Of a stretch of 64,000 nt of DNA, positions 39,279 to 49,723 are shown one piece after another. The first letter of the stretch is position 1, and each line of letters begins with the position of its first letter. The position numbers were made by a program, and so were the translations under genes. The notes under the pieces are model-generated. The model searched no databases. It saw only the letters and a program-made list of their open reading frames with translations, and was not told where the DNA came from. The DNA comes from Tricharina praecox (Eukaryota), in contig NW_026250419.1 of the NCBI RefSeq assembly GCF_024521635.1, forward strand, positions 620,001 through 684,000, given 5' to 3'.

Positions 39279-41607
39279 CTACTCAACATATTCACCGTCG
39301 CTGTCCTCTTCCTCGTAGTGCTCCTCCTCCTCCTCTTCCGATGCCTCCTCCCCCTCCTCGAGCGTCTCCTCTTCCGATACCCCCTCTTCGTCCGAAGTGT
39401 CGATGGTAATTGGTTGCTGGCCGGCCACCACCACCACCGCCTTCGGTTTGGCACCGGTCTTGCTGCGGAGCAAGCGTCCAGTCGCTGGGGGGAGTTTATT
39501 GTCGTTAGTCTCAACAGCGAAGGCAGCAGCGGAGGCAGCAGTGGAGGCACCAGCAGGCGAATCCTTGGCAGTGCTGTGAGACAGCGGCACGGTGTTTTCT
39601 TCCTTCTCCTCCTCCTTCACCTCCTGCTCCTCGTCGTCGGTGTCTGAGGCAGAAGCCTGCTCGGGGGCAGCGGGGAGGGTGAGGTGCACCACCGACAGAT
39701 GTGAGTGGGACTCATCGACGACGATGGAAGTGGAACCATCGTCGTGGTGTTCGGGGGGTTGACGTTCGTCGACGTCCGACAACTCGGAGCAGCTGAGACC
39801 AGGTCTGAGGTCATCTTCGCAAGAACCATAAGCTGCGGTATTAAGCTTCTTATCCTTGGATTCGACTAGCAATGCGCTGTCATTTTTCTGCTTCTTCTCC
39901 TCCTCCTCCTCACCCTCCTCCTTCGTATTCCCGCTGCTGCTGACGTTTCCGCTGTGGCCTGGAGCGTATATTACTTCTTCTTCTTTGACGACCACGACAC
40001 GATGCTCGACGTCGTCGTCCTCCGCTTCCTCCTCCTCTAGGCTGCCGGTGGGTAGGTTCTTCCGGGGTTCCGTGATAGTGATAGTGCTGCTGTCACCGCC
40101 ACCAACACCACCAACAACACCAACACCACCAATACCGACTTCCTTGTCGTTACGACAGGTCTCATTTTCACCACCACCACCACCATCCAATTCCATATCG
40201 ATGTTGCAGCCTTGCCCCATCTGCTCGACCGCTCCCTTCTGCTCCCCGCTGACCGTGTACATGTCGGTGTCAGAGCCATCCTTGTCCGCGGGTGCGACTG
40301 GCTGGAGCGAAACGACTGCTGCTGCAGTGTCTTCGGCGACATGCTCACGCTCATGCACCTCCTCCTGCTCTTGCGTGATCGAGGTAATCGAAGGGGTGAT
40401 TTCGCCCTTGTCGTCGATTGCGGCTGTGGTTTCGGTTTCAGCGGTGCTGCTGCTAGTGGGTGGGGCAATATTCCCGTCCGTGCCCTGGCCCTTGTCCTTG
40501 TCTATGTCGTTGACGACGGTAAGGACGTTGCGTTCGATGTCATGATCAGCCGACGGAACGATAGGGGCTGGCGTGTGTGCGAAAGCTGCAGCTTCGATTT
40601 CAGCACTAGGCACAGGCGAGATGATATCGATGTTCATATCGATAGTGGGAGTCGACATCCTGTTATCGGGTGGCAACGAGAGCGCGGCCAGCCTAGTACC
40701 CCCCCTAGAGTTGGGGCCAGAGGAGCCAGTAGAAACGGCTTCTAGCGAAGTCGAACGTTGTTCCATCGAGGTACCGCTACCCGGGTTGGTACGAGGCCTA
40801 GTAGTACTGATAGCGGTGCTGGCTGCCCACACCCTGTGGATCATAGGCACATCTTCTCTAGTGGCGAACGGCTGGAGATCCCTACTATCGGTCATCGCCA
40901 CTTCCCCCACATCCCCGCCGATCGTGAGGCGTCCGGCTCCATGGTTGAAGGCTGGGAAGGAACTATCCATGCTTGCGGCCAAGCTTCCGAAGGTAGCTCC
41001 CACACTGGCGCCCCTCGTACCCGTAATACTACCATCAACGGCAAAGCTATTTCCCGGGGCGTGTCCAGCCCGCATGACAGCGCCGTACTGCGTACCGACG
41101 CCTCCGCCTCCGCCGCTCCCGCCGAATACCCCGTCAATAGTCCCGCCCCCTCCGAACCCCTCGGAATCCTCAAGCTTGATCTCGGACTTAACCCTCCATG
41201 TACGGCCTGCGGCCTCCTCATCATCATCCTCACACTCCTCCTTGACGAACTTCCCCTTTTTCGCCCTGCCCCCGGCAGCGGCAGTCTCCGGCTTGCGCTT
41301 CTTCTTGCCCTGCCCGTACAGCAGCGCAATGTTCGGATCATTCTTGAAGCCGCTGTTCAGCGCGATGTTCTTGCGCAGCCGCGACCAGCGCATCCGCGCC
41401 GCTGCGGGGTTGATCCCGAAGTCGGCGGATACCATGTGGAAGTCGATCTGTTTGCGCGGTGGAATGTCAGTATGTGCAAGAGATCAAGAGGAGGATCGCC
41501 CCATGGAACCGATGGAACTGATGGGAACTTGCGTAGTGGTAGTCGCTGCGGATCAGACAGCTGTACAGGAACCGTACGTTTTCGTCGACGGGCGCTTTGG
41601 CCGGCAT
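39279..41607 (-). CDS. Protein (~747 aa) with N-terminal fungal Myb-like helix-turn-helix domain, basic NLS-like patch and long acidic low-complexity tail
   Basis: Exon 1 is 41607-41533 (MPAKAPVDENVRFLYSCLIRSDYHY). A GC-AG intron spans 41532-41448. Exon 2 is 41447-39279 (IDFHMVSADFGINPAAARMRWSRLRK...GKKKRK). The 'FL..Cl....IDF..V....G....AARMR.SRL+' pattern is typical of fungal Myb-like DNA-binding domains. Confidence 0.8.
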
Positions 41608-42253
41608 GGTGGACGGACTGTGGGACCGGGGGACCAGGGGGTGAGTGAGCCGGTGTGAAGAAGCGAGCGAGCGGTCGTGTTTGTTTGCTTCCTTGCCCGA
41701 ACGTGTTTCCTGCCGTAACTTGACTACGTTCTAAACAGTGTAAGCAGCTATTGCAGAATCATCTGAGCGGACGCTACCCACCAGCTCTAGTTATCTGACC
41801 GTTAATGGGCAGGTTTAGGCGTAGTTCGTGATGTGGAGAGCTGTGTACGATGACGAAAACGGCAGAGATGGACAGAACGTGGGGATGATATAGCGGGACA
41901 TAACAATATTAAACACTCCGGCCAGGCCGGAAAACAAAGAGGTGCCGGAAGAAACTATGCTGCGCGGCTGTGAACGGGGTCAATGTTTGCTATGGCTGGC
42001 GGGCGGGCTGCCGGGCGGCCTGGTTGGCTGGTTCATGTGGCCACACACACGGAATATCACTCGTGGCAAACACCATCGTGCAGTGGAAACAAAGGATGAG
42101 ATGCACTCATCCATCGCAGTGTACAAACACGACAACGAACAACTACCAACACAGCCACTGCAACCAACCACACCACACCAACAACCCACCGTTTCCATCC
42201 TTAGGACGCAAGCCAGCCTCCTCTCAAGCCATGCAGCATAGACGGAATCCTGC

Positions 42254-42844
42254 CTAACCACCACACCTCCTACACTTCCCCCCGCCATCCAGGAGAGCAA
42301 AATACGCCGCCGTAATGCCCTTAACTTCGGTCTCCTTCTCGCTAAACCTCAGCGCCCACTCCTCGCGCTCCCTCTTCGCTTCATCCAGCTCTCGCGTGAG
42401 CCGCTGGTTCTCTCGCTCCATAGCGGCGGACTGCACAGCCTCGCTAGCACTCTTGCTGCGGAAAAATGTTATCGCCTCGCACAGCCAGATCACGAACATT
42501 GTCGCTGCGTCTTCCGCTGGTAGCCGCGAGACTAAGGATACCTCACATGCGGATAGCTCGGTGCCGAAGGCGTCCAGGTGCTGCTTGAGGATCCGGGTGA
42601 TTCGTCGCTGTGAGCGGCGCCGGGTGCGGGGGGTTGCATCGGGGGGGCGGGGGTGGAGTTGGGGGTGGGGTTGTAGTTGTGGTGGTTGTAGTTGTGGTTG
42701 TTTTTGTTGTGGTTGTGGTTGCTGGTGTTGGTGTGGTTTTTGTGGTTGTTTTTGTGATTGTGGTTTTTGCGGTGGCCCGTGGTTTTCGCTGTCGATGTCC
42801 GTTTGGGTTTCCATGCGCATTATGTTAGAAAATATGAGATGCAT
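42254..42844 (-). CDS. Hypothetical protein (~196 aa) with Q/P-rich tract and C-terminal coiled coil
   Basis: Uninterrupted ORF with AAAATG start context and a TATTTATA element ~100 nt upstream. It contains the heptad-like segment MERENQRLTRELDEAKREREEW. No family recognised; the start codon is uncertain. Confidence 0.5.
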   Translation of the reverse strand: MHLIFSNIMRMETQTDIDSENHGPPQKPQSQKQPQKPHQHQQPQPQQKQPQLQPPQLQPHPQLHPRPPDATPRTRRRSQRRITRILKQHLDAFGTELSACEVSLVSRLPAEDAATMFVIWLCEAITFFRSKSASEAVQSAAMERENQRLTRELDEAKREREEWALRFSEKETEVKGITAAYFALLDGGGKCRRCGG

Positions 42845-43432
42845 TTTGGGCTTGGGAATGGTTGTCGTAATCGCGGACACTGGAAGTACTCTAAGTTTGA
42901 AGTTACGGGTGCGAGGTAGGAGACTGGAAGGGAGCAATCTTTACTATAAATATCGTGGAGACATCAATTGAAACTTGAAAGTGTGCAATGCCAGCCCCAA
43001 TTAAAAAGCCATGTATTCGCATTGAATCCTGCTGTCGATACAAACTTTGTAACCGCCATATTGCTATCACATATAGAAATAGAATAGAGTAGTACGGCAC
43101 TCTACTCACAGCCGATCACGCACCCTCGCTTCGCCCTCGGGCCCGCCAAGCCGGCAGGGATTCTCCACACGGGCCCCCCGCCAGGCGCCAGCGGCCAGCG
43201 GCCAGTTGTCAGACGTCAGGTCAGGGCTAGCTATGTCGGTCGGTAGAGTAGCATATCATAGTTAAGTTAGCCAGGGAGCCCCCCCTCCCCCCTTCCCCGC
43301 GAATTCCATCGACGCGATCACCAACAGTGTTCAACACCTCCCCGTCAGCGCGAATAGTTACCCAGGCAGTCGCAGTATACCTACGCCCTTTCCTCACGCC
43401 GAGCCACGCTGCCACACACCACACGCCATTCA

Positions 43433-45666
43433 ATGAACTCCTCCGGCTTCGGATCCGACCGTGAGCACGCTCACGCGCCGGGGGGAGAGGACGAGGAGGG
43501 GGAGGAGGGGTACGAGATGCGGCCGCTGCAGTCGCGGGGCGCCGAGGGCGAGGGCGAAGAGCTTTTGGGCGGGAAGACTCAGGACGACGAGGGCGACGAC
43601 GACGACGATGATGCAGGCGATTACTCCGGCGGCGATGAAGTGCTATATGCCATCGACGAGGGGCCGGATGGTCACGAGCCCCCGCTGAGGAGCCCTAGGA
43701 GGAGGATGCGCAGGAGGGAGTTTTTGTATACGCGGGCGGAAGAGAGGGCCGTCGTCAGGAAGCTCGATAAGTATCTTGTCGGCGGGCTGGCCGTGCTGTA
43801 TATGCTCAGGTATGCTATCGAGACCCCACAGGGGAAAGTGGAGGGAGTTGCGCACCGGGATTGCTGACGCATGGTTTAGTTTTTTGGATCGAAGTAGTAA
43901 GTACAACTTGCTCGGTCTGATGGATGGTGTCTGTGGGAGCGTGGGCGCTAATTATCCTCACCGCTTGGGTAGATATCGGCAATGTAAGACGGTGGGCATT
44001 ACGTTCTGTAATGTATCGTTGCTAACCACCCAGTCGCTTGACACAGGCGAGGATAGCTGGCATGAAGGAAGATCTCGATCTGAGCGGCGACAGGTATGAA
44101 TGGCTACTGTCAGCGTTCTATGTAACCTACATCGTGAGTCTTCCGCACACTATTGGAGATTCGCAAGTGTGGTGCTGATTGATCCTCGTAGCTCTTCCAA
44201 TGGTGTACGCTGCTGTGGAAAGTGTTTCCGGCGCATAAATATGTCGCCTGTTGTGTGGTGGGGTATGCGTAACCTTTTATCCGGAGTGGAAAAGCTACTA
44301 ATAGCTGGCTTTAAGGTGGGGTCTGGTAGCTTCATTGCAAGCTTTGGCGGTCAATTGGTTCTCCCTCGTTGTGTTGAGGGCAGCGCTTGGAATCTTTGAA
44401 GCAGCTTTTGGTCCTGGTATGATTTGACCTCATCAACTTAGGCTCGCCTGTCTGACAAAAATCAGGTGTGCCGTTCTACCTTAGTCTTTTCTATCGGAGG
44501 GAAGAGCTTGCACTCCGAACAGGCCTGTTCATTTCGGCTGCTCCATTGGCTACAGCGTATGCTGGGTTTCTAGCCTATGCAATCACGTCGATACCGTCAT
44601 CGATAGCTCCGTGGCGCCTTCTCTTTCTGCTCGAAGGGTTTCCGTCACTCGTTGCCGGTATTTGTGCGTATTACTTCATCCCGGACTCACCCGCCGATGC
44701 TGGTTTCCTCCGTCGAGATCAGAAGAAGATTGCACGCCGAAGACTGCTCGTGGTCCGTGATGACGAGGAGGATACGGGCACTGTGATAGCGACCGAGGAG
44801 AGGCGTGGGCTGAGGTGGAAAGAGGTCTGGAGAGCTTTCAGAGATCCGGGGAATTGGATCACGGCTCTCATCTTCTTCTTTGCGAACGTCTCATTTGCGT
44901 CTCTTCCCGTGTTCCTCCCTACCATCATCAACGAGTAGGTCTTCCTCATTCACAACCCATGGATCGATTATTTACAGCTGGCAGGATGGACCTTGGAGTC
45001 AATACCGTCTCTCCGGCCCAAGCCCAAGCACTTTCAATCCCACCTTACATCTTTGGCCTTTGTGTCATACTCCTCACAACATATCTCTCGGACCGATTCC
45101 GCTCCCGCTCCGTTCCGCTAATCATCCTCTGCATCACCAGCATTTCCGGCTACCTACTCCTGGTGCTTTCCGGACTACTCCATAAGAGCCTCACCAAGCT
45201 CGCCTCAGACGTAGCCGATATCGAATCCCCCGGCGCATGGTGGGAAGAGAAGATTCCCACCTCGAAATTCCTCGCCACCCACAGCTCTACCGTAGTCATG
45301 AGCTATGTCGGCATCATGCTTGCCGCCGGTACCATTTTCGCCATTATCTCCCTCGTCATCACCTGGAACGGAAACAACTCAGAAACCGAGAGCAGCCGAG
45401 GAGCGGGGATGGCGATTCTGCAGGGGCTGGGACAGTGTGGTCCGCTGCTGGGGACAAGGCTGTATCCCGCCGACCAGGGGCCTGAGTACATCAGTGGCAG
45501 CTTGACGTGTGCTGGGTGCATGCTCGTCGTGTGCTGTCTTGTAGGATTACAGCGGTGGAGGCTGGGCAGGGAGAATAGACGGAGAGAGGCGCTGGACTCC
45601 AGGGAGGCAGCGATGGAAGGGGACGGTACACGGAGGAGAGTTAGGCGATTCCTTTATATGCTTTAA
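43433..45666 (+). CDS. MFS transporter, anion:cation symporter (Dal5/Tna1-like) family, ~604 aa
   Basis: Eight exons (43433-43809, 43880-43896, 43973-43983, 44047-44133, 44192-44262, 44316-44416, 44466-44934, 44985-45666) total 1815 nt. Family motifs: EERAVVRKLD, SFLDRSNIGNARIAGM, LGIFEAAFGPG, FYRREELALR, WRLLFLLEG, YLSDRFRSR. Confidence 0.93.
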
Positions 45667-46089
45667 TTCGGTGTGCTTTTGCAGGTTTGCTTCTAGCTGC
45701 GGCATCTACATACATAAGATGCGGATTTGATTTCGCGGAGAATAGATACCATCTGATTTTGTCATCCATTCTGATGATGCCCATTACCTCATCGATCTGA
45801 TCGAGCGATATCCAAGTTCAAATGATGATTTATGTCCTCATCCCGGGCATCGGAGATTGCCGCGTGCCCTAAACCCTTTCCGAATTTTGTGCTATGCCCC
45901 GCCGCGTGTGAATCATTTCACCCCACCAAACAGCGATCGCCATCTCCCCAATCGTCCATACCACCATCATCTGCGAACCCATCCTCAACCTTCAAGCTGT
46001 CGCTTCTCCGCATTGTTTCCCGCTCCCTCCGTTGGGCTCCCATCACCAGTTCCAGAGTCTCAGCGTTCCCCCCACGCCGCTACATAACC

Positions 46090-47582
46090 ATGGCCTCCCT
46101 CGCCCTCTCCCCCGCCGACAAAGCTCTCTCGCTCCTCGTCACGTCTTTCAAAGACCTGTCGATAACGCTCTCGACCGCGACTCCGGCAGTCTCCCAGTTC
46201 ACCGCTGGCGACAAGACCATCACGGGGGCCTCAGCGATCGCCTCGCACTTCGCATCTCTCATCCCCGCCCTCCAGAACACAACCTACACCGCCGAGGAAT
46301 CCGCCGAGATCCAGCGATGGCTCGAGCTCCTCCCGTGCACACCGGTACCCGAGAGCACTCTCGACACTCTCAACGAGACGCTCAAGTTCCGGAGCACGCT
46401 CCTGGGCGAGAAGTTCTCGATCGCCGACGCCGTCGTCTACGCCAGCGTCAAGAACGATGTCGCCGCGTGGAGCGATGAACAGCGCACCGGCGAGAAGGGC
46501 CGCAGACATGTCATCCGCTGGCTGGACTTTGTGCAGAACTCGCCGGAGCTCGGTTTGAATGTCCCCGAGACTGAGAAGGTCACGGTTGATGTCGAGAAGG
46601 TCCTGTTTATGCCCAAGCCTGAGGAGGCCCCTAAGAAGGAGAAGAAGCCGGCTGCGGCTGCTGTGGAGCCGGCCGCGAAGGGTGTGGTCGAGCAGGCGAA
46701 GAAGGGTGCCGCGGTCGCGGCGGAGACCGTCGAGAAGGTCGCACAAACGGTTAAGGATGCGGCTGGTGCCGCGGTGGCTGCCGTCCAGGGGCAGGGAAAG
46801 AAGACGGAGAAGAAGGTGAAGCAGAAGCGCGAGGCCCCCCCGCCTAAACCAGGTACTTTACCATCCGGGAAGAATTGTCTTTCTAGTTACTGACGAAGTG
46901 GGCAGAGCCCGTCATGTCACCCGCCCAGCTCGATCTCCGCGTCGGCCACATCCTCTACTGCCGTCCCCACCCCAACGCCGACTCCCTCTTCGTCTCTACC
47001 ATCGCCATGGGCGACGACCCCAGCAGCACTGTAATCACCCCCCACTCCGAGATCACCGACCTCCCTGCCGAGATCCTTGCCAAATTCAACCCTCTCCCTC
47101 CCGTCCGCACCGTCTGCTCGGGCCTCAACGGCCTCGTCCCCCTCGAGGAAATGCAGGACCGCAAAGTCGTGGTCGTTGCCAACCTCAAGCCCGTAGTTAT
47201 GCGCGGTATCAAATCCGCCGCCATGGTACTTGCGGCTTCTCCCCGTCCCGCGGCAGGAGAGGAGGCTAGCCACAAGAAGGAGTTCGTGGAGCTTGTCTCG
47301 CCGCCGGCAGGCGCCCAGGCAGGCGAAAAAGTGTTCTTTGAGGGCTATGAGGGAACCCCCGATGCCCAGCTGAACCCCAAGAAGAAGATTTTTGAGCAGA
47401 TCCAGCCTGGGTTCAAGACGCTTGAGGATGATACGACGGTGGCGTTTGACCGTGCGCTTGCTGGATGGGTCGGTCCCGATGGAGAGAAGGGTAAGGCTAA
47501 GGGTGAGGCGGTCGCGAAGCTGGTTACCAGCTCTGGAGGCGTTTGTAAAGCCCCCACTCTCAAGGGTGCGGCTATTTCATAG
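46090..47582 (+). CDS. ARC1: Arc1-like aminoacyl-tRNA synthetase cofactor (GST-like N domain + EMAP II/OB tRNA-binding domain), ~479 aa
   Basis: Exons 46090-46852 and 46906-47582. Motifs: RHVIRWLDFVQN, LDLRVGHI, HPNADSLFVS, RTVCSGL, VANLKPVVMRGIKSAAMVLAAS, QLNPKKKIFEQIQPGF. Confidence 0.92.
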
Positions 47583-47817
47583 ATTTCCTAGGTTCTAGAA
47601 TGGGGAAAATTATGAACTGGTTGTAGAGCTGCAGTACTACATTGAAAGGAATTGGATCATTGGTTGCTGCTAGTTGCTGTATCATGGAGGGGACGTTCGG
47701 CGTGACAAACGCTGAAATCGCATTGGCTCGCAATCATGGATAAAATAGGCACATGTATCCCCCATCTAGGAAATAGAAGACATCTGCTTCCTCCCTCTTC
47801 CACCGGCTTCTACAGCC

Positions 47818-48931
47818 CTACTCGTCATTGGGCAGCATATCCGGCACAGGACCGAGCGGTACGATGCCGTGGGGATTGATCTGCGAGTGGCTCATCGTAT
47901 AATGCTAGATACCTCGTCAGCTCTCGCCGATCCAACAAAATCAAGTTTAACTGCACATACCTTCTTAATATGCTCAAAGTTGGTCGTCTCCTTGAATGCG
48001 GGAATGTCCCAGTACAAATGTCTGAGCCACTTGTGGATGTGTGGGTAATCATGTCTGATCATCTTCAAGTTTGTCTTGAAGTGCTGAACATAGACCGGAT
48101 CGAACCGCACAACCGTCGGGTACAGCCTGATATCCGCCTCTGTCAACTGCTCGCCAAAGATGTACCTGCCGCCTTTCGCATGCGACGCCGCCAGGATCTC
48201 CTCCACGCGGTCCAGCGTGGCAAACACCCCCGTGACCGCGTCCTCGTACGCCGCCTGCTTCGTGGCGAAGCCTGACTTGTACACGCCGTTATTAAGCCCG
48301 TCGTAGACCCAGCCGTTGAACTCATCGATCTGCGCGCGGAGGTGCTCGGGGTAGTACGTTACGCCCTGGTTCTCGGCGGGCAGCAGCCCGTCAAACTCGG
48401 TGTACATCAACCGGATGATCTCGGCGCTCTCGTTGTTGACGATGGTCCCCTTCTGCGTATCCCAGACCAGCGGCACCGTGAACCTCCCCGCGTAGTCCGG
48501 GCTCGCGGCGAAGTACAGATCCTTGAGGTGGCGGGCGCCGATCACGCCCTCGGGCGCAACGGCGAGCTCGGGGTTGTTCGCCGCCTCCTCCGCAGTCGCA
48601 AAGTGCCAGCCCGACGTGCCCATGTGCCAATGCACGATTGATACTGGCAGCAGCGAGGGGTCGGCATCTAAGCCCTTGAGCTTGCGCACGATGAGTGTGC
48701 GGTGCGCCCAGGGGCACGCGAGTGAGACGAAGAGGTGGTAGCGGTTTGAGACCGCCGGGAATGGCGAGGACAGAGACGAGCTGAGCGCGTTGCGGAAGAT
48801 CGAGGTGCTCCGCTTGAATTCGCCGGTTTTTGAGTCTGTCGGCACCCAGTCGGTGATTTTGGAGGGGGCGGTCTGCAAGTGGGGTTAGATGGGTGAGGAG
48901 GGGACAGGATGCGGAGGGGGGGACGTGCCAT
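47818..48931 (-). CDS. ECM4: Omega-like glutathione transferase / glutathionyl-hydroquinone reductase (Ecm4/YqjG type), ~333 aa; a longer form from ATG 49027 is possible
   Basis: Exons 48931-48929 (ATG only), 48872-47961 and 47904-47818. Motifs: [77 protein letters not shown]. Confidence 0.93.
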
Positions 48932-49031
48932 GGTGAGTGCTCTGGTGGTGGGTGTGCGGAGATGAAGCTGGAAGACGCTGCTGAGGTGCTGGATGGATGG
49001 GAGCGACCGGCGGAACAGCGGGTGCATTGGT

Positions 49032-49042
49032 TTTTATATATA
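49032..49042 (-). promoter_or_regulatory. TATA box (TATATATAAAA on - strand) of the GST gene
   Basis: Canonical TATA ~100 nt upstream of ATG 48931 and only ~4 nt upstream of the in-frame ATG 49027. Confidence 0.65.
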
Positions 49043-49723
49043 CACGGATGCGGGGTGCACGAGCACGGGTTATACGTATGTGCTCACCAGAGGCGTTGGG
49101 GCGTCCTGACGATTTTTACCAGTGGTTCCCAAGGAATTGGTAATGTTCTCCTCAGCACTTGCACTTTTGCAGCTCTCCCGGCGATTCTGTGAACAAACCA
49201 GTGTGGGTCTGATCTGTATTTATGACATATGTCTGCATAATGCGGGGCGTCTCTGCAGCGACCGGCGGAAAGATGACCCTTGTCACATAACCTGCGCTCA
49301 CTGCTCATGCATGACGCGAAAAGGCAGTGGGGAAAAAGGATTAGTGATGGAATATCGGAGAAGCCATCGCCAGTAAATGAGAGCCGTTCGGAGAAGAATA
49401 ATCCATAAGCATTATTGAAGCCGAACCAACGGCGTTACAGTTGAATGCGTCATGATGGGTAAGCCAGGCACCGCTAGATATGATACCCGCCTTTGTTGCT
49501 GGCGATCAATGCACCAGATCCCGATCCGAGACAAACACGTTTTGCCTAGCTTGCCCCCAGCTTAACTAACTCCAAACGAGCTCACCTCATCCACCGGCAG
49601 AAACAACACCATCCCCATCCACCAACCACAGTCAACCCCATACTTCAGCGGCGATCACGAACTCCCCCCCGAACCACGGCAACGGTAACGGCAACGCCAA
49701 CGAACCCGCTGCGGTCTCTGAGA

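Noticed and set aside
40573..41658. Long + strand ORFs (361 and 296 aa) antisense to the Myb-like gene
   Set aside because: Shadow ORFs of a GC-rich coding strand; no recognisable domain.
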